Positions 39,057-53,370 of a stretch of DNA of 64,000 nt are shown here, in pieces; positions within the stretch are counted from its first letter, which is position 1; every line of letters starts with the position of its first letter. The notes below the pieces were generated by a model, which had not been told where the DNA came from, made no database searches, and saw only the letters and a program-made list of their open reading frames with translations. The stretch is from Paramecium tetraurelia (taxonomy: Eukaryota), in assembly GCA_000165425.1 (NCBI GenBank), contig CT868012.1, forward strand, positions 1 to 64,000, in the 5' to 3' direction. Position numbers and translations under genes: made by a program.

Positions 39057-41921
39057 TCAATAATATCTTTATGATCCATTATTGCTTTAAGATACATAAG
39101 GTTGATTTTATTGGCCAGATTATGCTTTGCTCTAGAAAAATAGATAATATAATTTACTCTCATCAGATTCAATCTTGAATTTTCATTAGCCAAAAGAGCA
39201 CACTTATTCTCTAATTCAATGATTCTTCTATCCTTATCCTCTTACTATGAATACTGCTATCTAGTATCTGCTCGAGTTTATGAAATACTCTGGATTTTAG
39301 ATCTTAAATCGACGATTTCCCTCTCTTGACTTCTGATCTTTTCATTTAATTAATTCAATCCATTATCATTGTTCTAATTATTAAACTAAGAGTTTCTTTA
39401 AGAATTAGTTCCTTATTGATTTAATTAAGAACTCAACTGACTGATTTGATTCTGTAATTCCCTCTCTCTTTACTATGAAATCATTAGAGAACTCTCTAAT
39501 TATTAGACCTTACCATTATTAAGTTAAGAAGTGCTTCCTTAATTAATGACACTTCCAGTAGTGACTCTTTATTCAATTACGTAGCTACTCCTACCAAGAT
39601 TAGATTCATTCTAAAGTTACTCTTAGAGTTTTTGATCATCAATATTCTTCATGTAAACCTCATATTTCTTTAGTTTATTTTGTAGTGCCTTGATTTCAGC
39701 CATTAAATTCCTGATTGTCTAATCGGCAGATTTATCTCTCTAAAATTATTAATAATATTTATTTACCAAGGAATCAAACTCTTACATGATTAGAGTCTTA
39801 ATTTTTTATTCTTATTCATTGACTTAATATTTCAATGATTGATTGGCTGACTCCAATTCAGCAATTAATGTTTGATTTTTGGTACTCTATAAACTTAATT
39901 AAGTGACTTGATTTTCCAATGCTCTGATTTAATCTGCTTTTTAATTCAATTAAATTCTCAATTCATTTTTATCTTAATTTAATTTACTAAATATGATATC
40001 AAATTCTTATTTTTATTCACTAGTCAGATTCTCATATTTCTCAATCAAAGTCTTCTCAGTAGTTATCCTAGTCTCATCGACTGAATACTTGATTTACTAT
40101 TTCAATCGAATCACTTACTGTTCCCAATCTCTATTAATCTATAATAATAAAGGATGATTAATTTACACTCTATTCTCGTCTGTAATTTTCAATCATTATA
40201 GATAGATCTTCTTCCAATTCTTTCATTCTCATTGTGTAATTATTGGTTTCCTTCTCAAATCTAACCTGCAATGCTTAGAATTCTTCATTCAACAACTAAT
40301 ACCTTCCTTCCAATTAGATATAAGATTATGTTTTTTCATTTACATTGCTTGTAATTCTTTGATTGTCTCTGTTCAATTTAGACACATCATTTTCATAAAT
40401 TCTTTTGTAATCATTAAATTCTTATTGTAATTATTCAAACTAATTTATAACAAGAGACTTCTCCTTATTTAACTAGTTATATTGATTATTTCTAAGATCC
40501 AACTATTCTTGTTGTGATCTTAGTCTGTCAGTCAACTCTGTAATTTATTTTTAAAACACCAAAACCTCGTTATCAGTTCTCCTTTGGATTGTTTATAATT
40601 GATCGCTGAGCTGCTTTACCTTCAATTCTAGTTCAGTAATGGTTTGTTGTCTATCATTCAATTAAACTTAAAACCATGATCTTTCTTTTGAAGATAATTC
40701 GTCAGTTTTACTAATTTCTTGATTGTATCTCAGTTTTTGAGTATTAATTTCATCCTACAACTTCAAATATTATCTCTCTGCTCTTTCCTTATCAGAATAA
40801 ATCTAATTAAGTTCATTAGTCTATTGATCAAATGATCTCGATAATTTGGTTAATTTATCTTCCAAATCTTGAACCCTATAATTCAAAGCCTATGTGTCCT
40901 TATCGTATTATTACTACAATGAGAAGTATTGATCTAATTGTTGTCTGTTCTTCTTCTCCAAATCATTAATCTATTGTATTTTTTCGTTTAATTAGGCTTG
41001 AAATTGTTATTAATCCCTAATGATTTAAGATTCACTAGTTTTGATTGTTGATTGATAATTGTAAATTTTTGTGTTAGATTCAGATTATAGTTTATCCAAT
41101 TAGACTGACAAGTTCTACTTCTCCATATTGATTGTATTGACTAAAATGGTTTATTAATCAAATTATTGTTGCAATCTTCGATATCTGTCTTCAGCATCAT
41201 TGCATTACACTTTAAGCGATGAAGTGTCTTGATCGTATTTCCTCTGCAAGATTTGAAATTGATCACTCAATTATTGATATCTCTACTCCCATTATTGGAT
41301 ATTGACTTATTTTTCATTAACAACTAGTGATAATCGTTGGCTTTCCTTGCTGTATCTTAATTCCCCTTCCGATATTTCCTGCTTGTAATTCAATTTAGAA
41401 CTACCGATTTGATCCTGTAAGGCTTGACATTGAGATGCCAAACTCACCTTGTCTCTTTGTAGTTAATTTATTTGGATGACCTAAGAATCACATTGGATTT
41501 ATAATTTTTGAAGTCTGTCCTCTAAATCAAGGATCTATCGTTTACTAGCCTCATTCTGTTGAGACAATCGAATTTGACTGGATACTTCTAAATCTGAGAT
41601 TTTGGATTGCAATTGTCTAATAGTTTGATTGGCACTTCCAAAATCAGTTTGCAATGCTTCCCTCTAGATTGTTGACCTGGCGATTTCCTACTCATAAATG
41701 ATTGGTTTTTGTGAGAGATTTTTCAATTGGAATTCTAAGTCCTCAATTCGTTTTTGCAATAATCGTTTTTCTTCATCTTTGATATTCTGTGTCTGTTCTA
41801 AGACGTAATTTCTTTGCGATGTTTACAGAGTTTGGAACGTTGCTGAATGATAACTCTACTATTAAGGATCCTAGTTGAGATTCCTTGAATATGATGCATA
41901 TGATTAGGATTCACTTTTCAT
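39057..41921 (-). CDS. Long Gln/Glu-rich coiled-coil protein (probably cytoskeletal or cortical)
   Basis: About 900-aa reading rich in E/Q/K/L heptads; several short introns; ends QRYY*. Confidence 0.8.
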
Positions 41922-42300
41922 TGTAAAAATATATATATATAATAAATTTTATTTTGATATAAGTAGTTAATTTTATCTATATTATTTTGATTGACCTTCA
42001 AGGTATTAGATCAATTTTGATGTCTGTATGATGATTAATATTTATGAATTTGAAATTTATTCAAGAGCTTGGATTAGCATTTTTTAGAGTATTAAAGTTC
42101 AGACCTTTGAACACGAATTGTTTAAAAGACAATCTCAAAATATAGAAAAAAAACAAGATATATTAATAGTGTTTATAAGTCTAGGATGAAGAAACTGTTG
42201 CAATTGGTGAAGAGATAAAAATGCAAGAGATTATAAACAAAATAAATGGATAGAATAGAAATCAATAATATTTTTTATTTCAAAGATAATATTTAAATAA

Positions 42301-42784
42301 ATGAATATGATCAGAGGATTTAGATTGTTAGCTATGAGACCTATCTATACATTTGCAGCTGATAAGACTCCAGCTACAACTTAGGGCAAACAATAATAAG
42401 CCAAACCAATCCAAGTTTATAAGGATGGACAATTGATCACTAAGAATTATTTATAATTGAAGAAGTCATAGGATATTGAGGGATATGTACTTACCTTGGT
42501 TAAAAACTATTACAGAACAACCAATAAAGTAATTCATGTTATATATCTTGACAGTCAGCTCTGAGTTTGGATTCTGAATTGGAATAACATGGTTTAGATA
42601 GTTTGGATTCTATTGAATTATCTATGCAAGTAATCTAGCTTACTTATAATAGATTGAAGAGGATTTAGGTTATGTAATTTCAGCTGAAACATTGCCAGTC
42701 TTGAATAAACTCAGACATTATGTCAATTACATTAAGTAGGTTGAGTAATATAAGGTAGAAAACAATGCTGCTCCATTAGCATGA
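42301..42784 (+). CDS. Second mitochondrial acyl carrier protein
   Basis: Presequence MIRGFRLLAMRP; HGLDSLDSIELSMQ|IEEDLG; two introns. Confidence 0.9.
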
Positions 42785-42913
42785 TTTACATATAATCAAA
42801 TGCATATTCATAATATAATAAGTTTATAACTGTACCGTAATAACTAATTGAGGCAGCAAATATTGCAATAATTACAAATAAAAAAAAGATAATTTATCAA
42901 ATAACATATTTTT

Positions 42914-43665
42914 TCATCTGGCTGTGTAGAAACCATCCACTCTCAATTTGTTTAGTTATTGTATTGATTTTGCACTCTATCCTTACTAATTGATTTTTGG
43001 CAACCTTAATTTTGGCACCTAATTAATTTTGTTATTTTTAGAGTGCAGAGAAGTTTTAGATTAAGATGTCAGGCTATCCAACATCTCTTTGATCTTTTTC
43101 TACTTCTAATATGAGTTTCTAGTCAATCGATCTCGCTCACCTTGATGTCTAACTATTTTTCATCTATTTACTTATTGAAGTTCTCGATTATTTTATTGTA
43201 TGCAATTGAAGATTACACATTCTCAATTTTGTCTTTCAACCTTTTGTTTTCTTGAAATAACTCCCTCTCCTTTGTTTTCTTTATTACACTATGTAAAGAT
43301 TTGCTTGATCTTGCTGAGTCAATTCGACCCTTTTGCGAATCTTCAATAAGGTGTCTAATTACTCTATGAAAACAATTGGTCCTCCTTAGCATTGGCCACT
43401 TTTATTAGCATTTTTGTATTTAACTTAACTATCTCTTCGTATTTCATTTGCTCTCTTTTCAAATTTGCTGACTTCCAGTTTTACTCAAGTTGCTTAACGA
43501 AGGACTATTACTGTGATAAAGACTAAATTATGTACAATAAGTTACTCTCTTCTCCAACATTGGATTACATTTTGCATTCTTTATTTGCTTGATATGCTTG
43601 TTGTATTCCAACCTTCTTTACAATAACAATTGGAAGTTGTTTTCCACATATTTGGGTCCCTTCAT
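42914..43665 (-). CDS. CFAP97/KIAA1430-like ciliary coiled-coil protein
   Basis: YNKHIKQIKNAK ... EEIVKLNTKMLIKV ... SKSLH ... ERELFQENKRLKDKIENVQS pattern. Confidence 0.6.
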
Positions 43666-44108
43666 TCTCAATATTAATATATGTATGCTAATTATATTAT
43701 TAATATTCAAATATGCATCTAATATTCAATTACTTATCAATATAATATGACCTGATTTTATAATAAATTATCTGAATATTGCATCGTTATTACGGTATTT
43801 CAGATTTAATAAATATCAGCTGAATTTTGAATTAAATTCCATAGAATACAATTATAGATAGATCTACAGTTTATGAATGGAAGGTTTTAAAACTAGAACA
43901 TTGAAAGTTAAGTTAAAAAGAAAGTAGTCTAATTTTTAAAGAATCAAATATTCTTAAATTTCGCGGTTTTCAATTACTATTTAAATTCACATATATTGGT
44001 GTTAATTTAGGTGCTAAAATGCTTTTACCTACACAAAAGGAGATTAGAAATATATCAAGATGGACTCTAGTTATTAATTGAATTATATTTATATTTACAT
44101 ATATTTAT

Positions 44109-47100
44109 TCAAACTATATCAATTACCTTTTTAGATAGGGTAGACTTTGATTTTATAGTTGTAGATCGTTTAATTTATTTTGCTTTATATGCAGCTGCTC
44201 GCCTGGCTTCACTCATTATTGATTGCAATCTAATTTTAAAATCCGTATGATAGTTCTTAAATAAACGAACCCATTCTTTATAGCTAAGTTCCATAGTTAA
44301 TTTTGGAGGTTCAATTTTACTATAAGCCACAACTAATTTATAGGTTAGTAATTAAAAGGGATAGTTATCTTGCTGAAATGCTTTGATCTTCTCAAAAATA
44401 TTTTCTTTCAGCGCACTATCAAATATTCTAACTAAAATATAGAAAATAATATTTTCGATTACTTCTTTTGGTGTTAATCTCCCGCTTCAAAGCTAAGATA
44501 CGATACTCAAGTTCATCCTTTTATTTCAGCTGTTTAACTTCATCTAAACCCAACTTTGACATGATTTTAATCCTTTCAGTCCCTATTGAAATCTTATTCT
44601 TCTGTTTGAAATCACATAGTGCTTGAAAATACTAAGAAAAAGAATGAAATATACATTTCGACATTATTGAATGTAGTCTTTTCTCTAAATCCTCTGGTAT
44701 GTTTGCAACAATTCCATTTTTAGTTTAGCTTCTTCTAGATTGACTTTGTCAAGCACATTTAACAATTAAATTTCTTAATAATCAAATCTAATTCTGAAAT
44801 TTTAAGGAATAATGATGTTCTCAACATATTTGGTGTATGGTAATAAAATACTATTGAAACTGGTTCTGATTTCTTTGTCCTTCGTTTCTTCTTCTTAAGA
44901 TTGAAGCAATGGAATTCTCTTTAAGATATTGGTTCTGAGAGTGTCTACTTTAAGTTTGAGTTTCTTATTCAACAACATGTCCTTGATTAGTTATTTATTG
45001 GATTTATAAGGGTAAGATAATTGCTTCATAATTTGAATCTGTTTTTCACTAAAGAATTGCAATTGATTTAATTTCTACTCTTCTTTATCTTTGTCAATAA
45101 CTAGTCCCTTGAATTCTTATTTCATATATTCATCCCATTTGAAATTTAGGTAACTCAATTACATCTTAATAGTTTGATTGTAATATTTGCAAAATACTTG
45201 TATGTTCTTGGCAGATTTCATCAAGACGTTTAGGTTGATGCGAATCTTAAGAAATAGTTAGTTTTTTTGATAGAATAGATTTAGTTTTCGAAAGAGAGCT
45301 CTTCTTTTTTTGATTCTGATGGACATTCTAATACGAAAGATGAAGGAGAGCAGGATTTTTCTTGGTTTTTCTCCCAATTTGTTGTTAATCATTTTGATGA
45401 TGTTTCTCCTTCTCACAGCCTTTTGAATGATCTTCGCTTTATTATTGGCTTAGAATAGTAGTCTCTTTTTCTGTAAACCTCGAAAGGCAGCTTCTTCAAA
45501 CATTTGGCAACAAGCTTCAAAGTTGAAATACTGTAGCAATTGTATGAAAGCAAAGAATTTGGCAACTTCTTTTTTCATTTCAGTTTTCTTTTTGATTTAG
45601 AATTCAGTAGAGTTTTCTTGCAATTGCTATTAGAGTCCTTCTAATTTAGTTTTGAGTCTCTCTTCCTTCCTCAAGATGGTGTATTAGATTTTGATATTCT
45701 TTTCAACAGCCTGCAAACGATTAGATTCAATTTATTCTTCTTTTGACATCTATTCTAACTTGGTCATTTGAAATTTAGTTTTTAGCATATTGATCTTGTT
45801 TTCTCTAATTTTTCTTTTTTTCAAGTATTGTTTCCATCTTTCTTTACTGATTTCAGCCAATTCCTTTTTGACATTTTCTAATAGATTGGGATCTAATTTA
45901 TCGTACTTATCATTAAATTTGATGATTTTAGGTTCACTCTATTGCTTATATGTCTTGACTTAATTCCTGGCAGTTAAAGTGGAGTGAGTCTTTTTGGTGG
46001 TTTGTTCATCCAGTAATTGCATGAGAACTTAATCCTCTGAGTTATCCTTGACTAATTAGATGTAGCGATATTTGAGTTCATCATCATCTGTTTAAATAAG
46101 AAAGTCCAGATTGATTTCGTCTTCTTTCATGAATGATGTCATTTGGAATCTTGGCAGAATGGGCAAGTAAAGTGGATTATTATTTTCCAATTTGTTTAAT
46201 TTACTTTAAACATTATCAAAAGAAATAGGAGATCGCATAGTTCTAGCAGAGAGTTCATTATTGCTGAAGAGAGAGTGGGAGATATGAGTAGAATTAAAAG
46301 TTGGTTTGATTCTGGGAGAATCCAATTTCAATTGCATCTTATGTATAAGTTCATTGGCTTTGTCATATTCCTTATCATCTGGTTTATACAACTTGTTCTG
46401 ACTGGGTGTGAGCATCTACATCAGAGTCTGTCGATTCCTTCTTTCAGTGAAATCTCGAATCAAACTAGCCTCTTCAATGAAACACTTCTTCTGTTGACTG
46501 GTGAAGGAATCCAAATTGAGATTTGGCAGTTTCTGCAATCGGCCAGAAGGAACAATCAAAACTGTACAAGTAGGTCCCATACTTGCATCAATTACCTTTA
46601 GTCCACTCAATTCAAAAGGTGTTGGTTTTTGTACTTCCTCTTCCATTTGGCCTAAACAATTGTTGTTATTCAAGCCCCACACATACAATTGACCAATCAT
46701 ATCCAATGCTCCAAAATGATCATCTCCAGCAATCACCTTCACGAATGACTTATTCTTCTCTATGAGTTTAGTGGGTTGAGTTGCTTTCAGTAATTCTATT
46801 TTGAATGGACCTTTTCCCCATCCATAGATATCCCCTTTCACATCCAATGCTATACTATAATTCAATCCACAAGCACATTGTATAATCCTGTTTGTCAGAT
46901 TCTCCACAATCTTTGGCTAGACCTATTCTTACTAATCGAAATTCATGTATCCCAATTTGCCATCAGAATGCGATCCCCAACTCCAGACTCTGCCTTCAGT
47001 ATCCCATGCCAAAACATGATTCTAATTGCAAGCCAAACCAACGAAATTCTACATGATTTGTATTGGCTAACTAGATATCAAGTACAAACTTTGAGTTGTC

Positions 47101-47739
47101 AATAAATACAGTTTATTTGAACTTGATTGCATTTGTTATAACTCATTATTTCTCTCCTACATTCCATTGCCTTGAATCAACGTTGAAATTTCACAACATT
47201 AGAATTCATACCTTCTATCTATGGTCTTGCTAAACTCTACTCTCTTCTGCTTCAAGCAATCCCCTAGATTCATCTCATCCGTTTTCCCCCAAATGTACAG
47301 TCTATTTTTCATCGTGTACACTGATACAAAGTTTTGGGCTGCTGTCACATACCTTATCTTCGTATCCATCACTTGAGATATATTCACTGGGTACACTAGA
47401 CCAGCTATTCGTAAACCCAATAATCCCTCATTAGATGCTCCAAATGCCCACATTTCAGATTTATCTAATTCTAAGCACAAAGCATACTATCAAATAAAAA
47501 CACCATGTTCTCTTTGCAAATCACCTTTACGAATGCTACTTATTGTTCCCCTCCTTTGTTCTATTTTGTTTAGTCATTCGAAAACACATTCTCTGGCAAA
47601 CAAACCCTCGTTAATCTTTTCTGCTAATACCAATTCATACATCTATTAATGACTCCGTAGGCTTTCAGTCTGCAGATTCGCGAATATCTTCCCAAAGTAG
47701 AGTACTACCAATAATTTTATAATTGATACCATGAGTCAT
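44109..47739 (-). CDS. RCC1-repeat protein with long basic/coiled-coil C-terminal region
   Basis: ACGLNYSIAL..GDIYGWGKG, IAGDDHFGALD..GQLYVWGLNNNNCLG, MWAFGASNEGLLG repeats. Confidence 0.85.
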
Positions 47740-48063
47740 TTCCTTATTATAATTAAATACTTGAGAAATAGAAAATTCATACAATAAATCCTACTATTAT
47801 ATCTGCATTCAAGAGCAATCCATCTGAACAACTCGCCTATTCTATTAGTTCCAAACTAAACCTATCCAATAAAAACCATCCTTTCTCCAAATCAGATTTA
47901 TTTATTCCTAATAGCAATGCTACCATAATTGAAATAGTGAAGAGATTGATATCACAATACTAATTGTAATTGAATATGAATGAGAATTGACAATTTTATT
48001 TTTTAGTTGCTACTAAAATATTATTTGATTAAAATTGTTAATAAAATTCAATTAATGGTTTCA

Positions 48064-48807
48064 TCAAAGTTTTAATTATTTTTCTTCAGCTTCTTTCTGC
48101 TGTCTGATCAAAGATAACGTTCTCATTCGGAGTATTTGAGAGTCTGTAATTGTGTTTTTAGCATAAGTAGTCGATCTCTTATAGAAGAAAATGTAGGCAC
48201 TCGTTACTGACACAACAAATGTGAACATCATTAATGCCTTAAGCAGACTATGATCGCTATATCCTAGATTGCATACATATTAGTTACTGTAAATACTCTC
48301 AGAATTAAAGTTTCTATTTATCTTTACATCATTAACTACTTGCTGATTAGACTAGCCTTGTTTCCCATTTTGAGATTGGTATTTACGCAGCATCTCCTGA
48401 TAATCAGCCCTCTTCTGTGCATTCTCAGGCTTATAATATTCTTATGGATTCTCATAGAAATAGAATCCAAACACTTATTTGAAACATTCCTCCTCTGAAT
48501 GTGCTGTACTATAATAGGAATCAAAATTACTAATAGTTTTGTTTGAATTCCTATTCCACTTATTCGTAAAACTTGCGTTGCTTCAATAGATTATAAGCCT
48601 AATGTATTTCTGCAAATTTCTCCTTCGCATCTGTCTCACTATTCAAATCTGGGTGATCTTCAAATTAATCAATTTATTACATTTCTTGCACATCTCAATG
48701 TACGCCTTCTTAATCTATTCCATTGAAGCATCTTTGCTAATGCCCAAGAGGACATAGGGATCAGTTCTAAAAGAAGTGAATCTAAAAAATCTTAAGTAGG
48801 ATAGCAT
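48064..48807 (-). CDS. DnaJ-domain protein, probably mitochondrial
   Basis: DPYVLLGISKDASMEQIKKAY...HPDLN...AKEKFAEIHQAY after a short presequence. Confidence 0.9.
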
Positions 48808-48978
48808 TATTTATTATAAAAATTGTCACAATTACTCATACAATCAATTAGATATTTGATGGCAATTAGACTTAATTAACTGTCTCTCTAACACACAAGA
48901 TTAACATCTGATGTATTTATAATAAATTATAATATAAAGTTTGTTCATGAATGAGGATTGTTTTGAGATTACTCTTAA

Positions 48979-50752
48979 TCAACTAGACCCTTATGGTAGC
49001 ATTTCACATCCACTGTTGACAATAGATTCACTGTGAAAATTTCTTTGCAAATTGAACAGTATCTTTACGATGGAATTGTTATATGGGCTTTGTGATTGGC
49101 AACCTAATCATGACATTCATAACAAGGGTATGCCTAAATAATATATGTAAATAATTACTTAATTACAACATGTAAAGACTGGACTTGCCTTAATTATATC
49201 ATTATGTATGCACTTCATATTATTGTAATTGCAAGGAATGTGATAGCTTTAAAGTTTCTATGCAGACACTCTTTTATCTAATGATTACTAATTTAGAGAT
49301 GAAGAACTTTGTGATTGCAGATGATTCCCTCTTTTTCCATCCAATTTCTTACCATCACTTTGATAATAATAATGCATTCCATTTGGACTGATTTATCGAA
49401 GTTATGTCTATTATTTTTGGTTACAATTATTGTTGATTGTTTAATTATTGACATCTTTCAATTATTGAGGTTAATTTTGATTCTTCAGCATTAGGTTCCT
49501 CAAAGAATTCTATTTTGATGTTGGTTATTTTGAATTCAATTCACTTTTCAAAGGAGATACTACATCTGATGATCCAGCTACCTATTTGATGCTTTTCGTA
49601 TGATCCTTCGGACTATCTATCTACTTTACACTTTCTGAAACTGAGTCTGCAAATTTAGATGTGTTAGGCTTGTTGAGTTGTTTGTCTACACATTAGAGAT
49701 GCTAAAATAGTTAAATTGGTTAGAGCTTAAGCAGTGGCTACTATGAGTAATTGGTTCTTTAGAAGGTTGACATATGTATGGATTCAGACTTATTAGTTGT
49801 AGTTGTATATTACGCTGTCATATCTTAATACTTTTGATCTTGTAATAGCATATTAACTTAATCAATTGGAGTTCTTTTTCCACTGGGTTTTTAGACATTT
49901 AAATTATACTATCCAATCTAAGAGATCACATCTCCTAACTTCTCTTCTAATTCTTCATATATCAATTTCCATTAAGCCTTCAATGTACTAGAGATAGTGG
50001 CACTCTGGTCTTCAAAAGTGGTTAGTTTATATATTATTTATTCGATGTGACTGCTTCCGATTAATAATAAGCTATGATCCATTTCAGCGGGAGTCATCTC
50101 ATAGAGGTTTTTAATTGCATACTCCTTCATCTTTGATAGGATCTGTCTTTCATCATTAAAACTTTATATCAAAGATGCATTAGTTGTTTCGGAATGAGTT
50201 TGCATGTCTTAGACGTACCTGTCTCTCACTGTTTTTAGTTGGTATTTTATTATTTCAAATATGGTATTCATGTCTCTATCAATTTATTCTATAACATCAA
50301 TCATCTTGCATTTTTTATAGTTTTCCTCCATTTTTGCTACCTACACCATATAATTTTGATCATACTTATAACACATATTACTTATAATTGTACTCGAATG
50401 CTTCACAATATTACTCAACTGTTATCTTATTCGAAACATGCTAATCGTGTTCTTCAATTATGCAATGTGCACATGCCAATCTTCTGTCAGCCTTACAATC
50501 TTTTTCCTTTGATAAATTAAGTCTAAGATTTTACTATGCAAACGTATTGAATTCTCCCTTTCTCGTGTGTCTTTTTCCAACAAACCGGATCGAATTTCAG
50601 TCCTAATTTATTAACGACTAATCGATCATTTGTTATTCCTGGCTTTTTTTGTTAAACTTAAATGTTATCAACTAAGGTTGGAATTCAAAAGATGTACTTG
50701 TTTTTGTTTTGGATCTCCCATGCTATCTCGGAGTAATTTTAATATCGGACAT
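48979..50752 (-). CDS. Protein with N-terminal B-box-like zinc finger, coiled coil and C-terminal CHY-like zinc finger
   Basis: CWKKTH...VCI|EKDC...ACAHCIIEEHDQH; C-terminal CIH...FTCCN|AYPCYECHD...YCSICK. Confidence 0.75.
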
Positions 50753-51545
50753 TAATAGATTAATTTATTATATAATCGGAACTTTTTAACAATAATTCAC
50801 TTTATTTTTATTATGAATTTATATTAACACTATTGTTATTTGTTCAGTACTGTTTAGCAATTCTTTATTAATCCTGGTTGCTTTATTGAAATTAGATTGG
50901 TTATGATCATATTCACACTGTCTAAATAAAACCTTGATCTTAAGAATATATGTATAACTAGATATGAGAAGATAGAACAGTAATAATATTAACAGTTTAC
51001 AAAATTATTTAGTTGATTTAATATTTATCTCTATTATAATTTGAGTGTATTTTTGTTGATATACCAAGTACTCCATTAGCATTAATATAATCTATTGTCT
51101 ATTAACAAAATAAAACAGAATAGGATTTATATCCCTAATATTAAATTATTATTTTTATTGTATTTAAATAAGATTACTCTACCAGGGCAAAAATATGATT
51201 CATTATGGATAACTTATATTATTCATCATATAATTCGCATAAACTCTATTTAACTTAAATTTATTCATCTACTCAATATTATCAAGTTTTAAAGAATAAT
51301 AATTATAATAAAGACTACAATATAATGATAATTTATAAGAAATTTAATTCTCCTATTATATCTTATTATCAACTATTAAGTAAAGAAAATAAAGCAATAT
51401 TGATATCATTTTATATTCAATTCTATCAAGTACAACAAAGATGACTCTTTAGACATCTAGAATTTAATTCACACTCTCCAAATTGAGCAATCTGTTTAAG
51501 CAAAAATATTAACAAATTTATAAAATCAAATGGACTTAATTAGGA

Positions 51546-53150
51546 TCATGTTTTTGGCTAATTTACAAAATTTGAGAACTGATTGATCTAACTCAAATCT
51601 CTATATAATCTAATAATTACAACTACAGATTAATTCAACATATACCATTATTTTCCATAAGTACCCTATCATAAGGTCCTATCTATTTTAGATTGCTCCG
51701 AAAGTGAATATTTTATTGGAGTTACTAAAACAATTAATAGGATTGATCATATTTGATTAAGAGATCCAAAAATTGCTCATTCTGATAGTAGCTACCTCGT
51801 AATATTAATTTTGCTTGGGAGCTCTCTTATGTTCGAAATATGAATGTCATTAATATGGTTAAGAGTTCCTCAAACACATTCTTGTATGTCAAAATTTAAA
51901 GGTGTTGTTTGTCAAACTAAAAATGAACTCGCTTATTGTAAGCCTTATTGAATAATTTAATAAAATTTTAAATTTTTGGTACAACCTTACATTAGTGCAC
52001 AAATAAATTTGGTTAAACAGATAATTTGGTGAGAATGTACATTAAATTGACTTTGTTCTAATATATGTAGGATAAATCTTATGCGGTAGATTTATTTAAC
52101 ATCAGTAATTGTTTAATTAGGAATGCTTTCAATTGGTTTAAAAATAGATTGATTCCTGTTTCTAGTCTTTGTATTTTGTGTTCCATTTTTATATAACTCT
52201 ATTGTTTCTGATCCAGGATGATAATGAAGGTTTATTCGGTGAGTTAGACTTCTGAATATTTGATGTAGATTCTGTCAGAGTAGTTCTTGGAATTAATGAT
52301 TTCGTGTTCTTGATTGACAGTGATGTTATCAGAATTTTTTCTTCGATTAAGGACGAAGGTTTCAAGTGTTTTTCCATTGAGCTTATAATTCCTTAAAATA
52401 AAATTAAGATTCTGAAGATTGGAGTTGGTTGATTCGAATTAATTGAAGGAATTGAAATTGGAGAGTTTGACCTGAAAACCCACGTTTTCTTTGTCGTAAA
52501 CAAAAATGGCAAAAGGGTTCTCAATAATTTTGGGGATAATCCAGTCTATATGAATTTTAATAGTCAATAATACCTAAAGAATTATTTTATGTTGTATAGA
52601 GAAATGATTCCCTGTACTGTTTGTTGGTTCTTTGGAGAGGGATTACGATCATAAGAGTGAGGATGAAACAATAAATGAAGGCTTAGATAGAGATGTCTGG
52701 TTAAAAGTATTTGGCAATTGCTAATTTGATGATGGCATTGTTAATCACTTGGATTACGGCGAATTTGAAGTCTGATACTAGGATTATGATGGTGTGCATA
52801 ACCATCATGTTTTATCCAAAGACAAAAGCTTCTTGGGGTTTGAAATCTGCCTCGGTGTACACTTGATAACACATTAAAAGATGGTTTATTCCAACTAGAT
52901 AGAAGTCTATCCATTATTTTTTATAAAACATAACTACAAAGTGAACGATGAAAACAAGTAGCCCAAGCGGGGCAAAAATGAAAACGTTTATATAATCTTA
53001 CACAATAACGCAAAATATCGATCTAATCATGCAAATTGTGAAGCACATCAAATTAATAACTTTGCAAGCAGGTATCGTTGATAAATATCTATGACCCTAA
53101 TACTTTTATTCCAGGCATTTTTAAATGAAAGTAAGACTAAACTTGTTCAT
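51546..53150 (-). CDS. Multi-pass membrane protein with cytoplasmic C-terminal domain (possibly a degenerate histidine-kinase-like fold)
   Basis: Several N-terminal hydrophobic helices followed by an open soluble region to TGA at 51546; short introns. The kinase-like fold is inference only. Confidence 0.7.
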
Positions 53151-53370
53151 TATTAAAATAAATTTTACTAGATTTAATTTACTACAATATATATTTTCAC
53201 ATCTATACACTTTAAGTTGTTTCTAGTAGACTCAAAATAATAAAGGAGGGGTAGGAATGGGTGAGAGAAACATAAGAAAAATAATTGAGAAAAATGAAAC
53301 GACTGATTTATTTAATATTACTAAATATATAAGGAATTGAATGTAATTTATATAATTTGTTATAATATAA

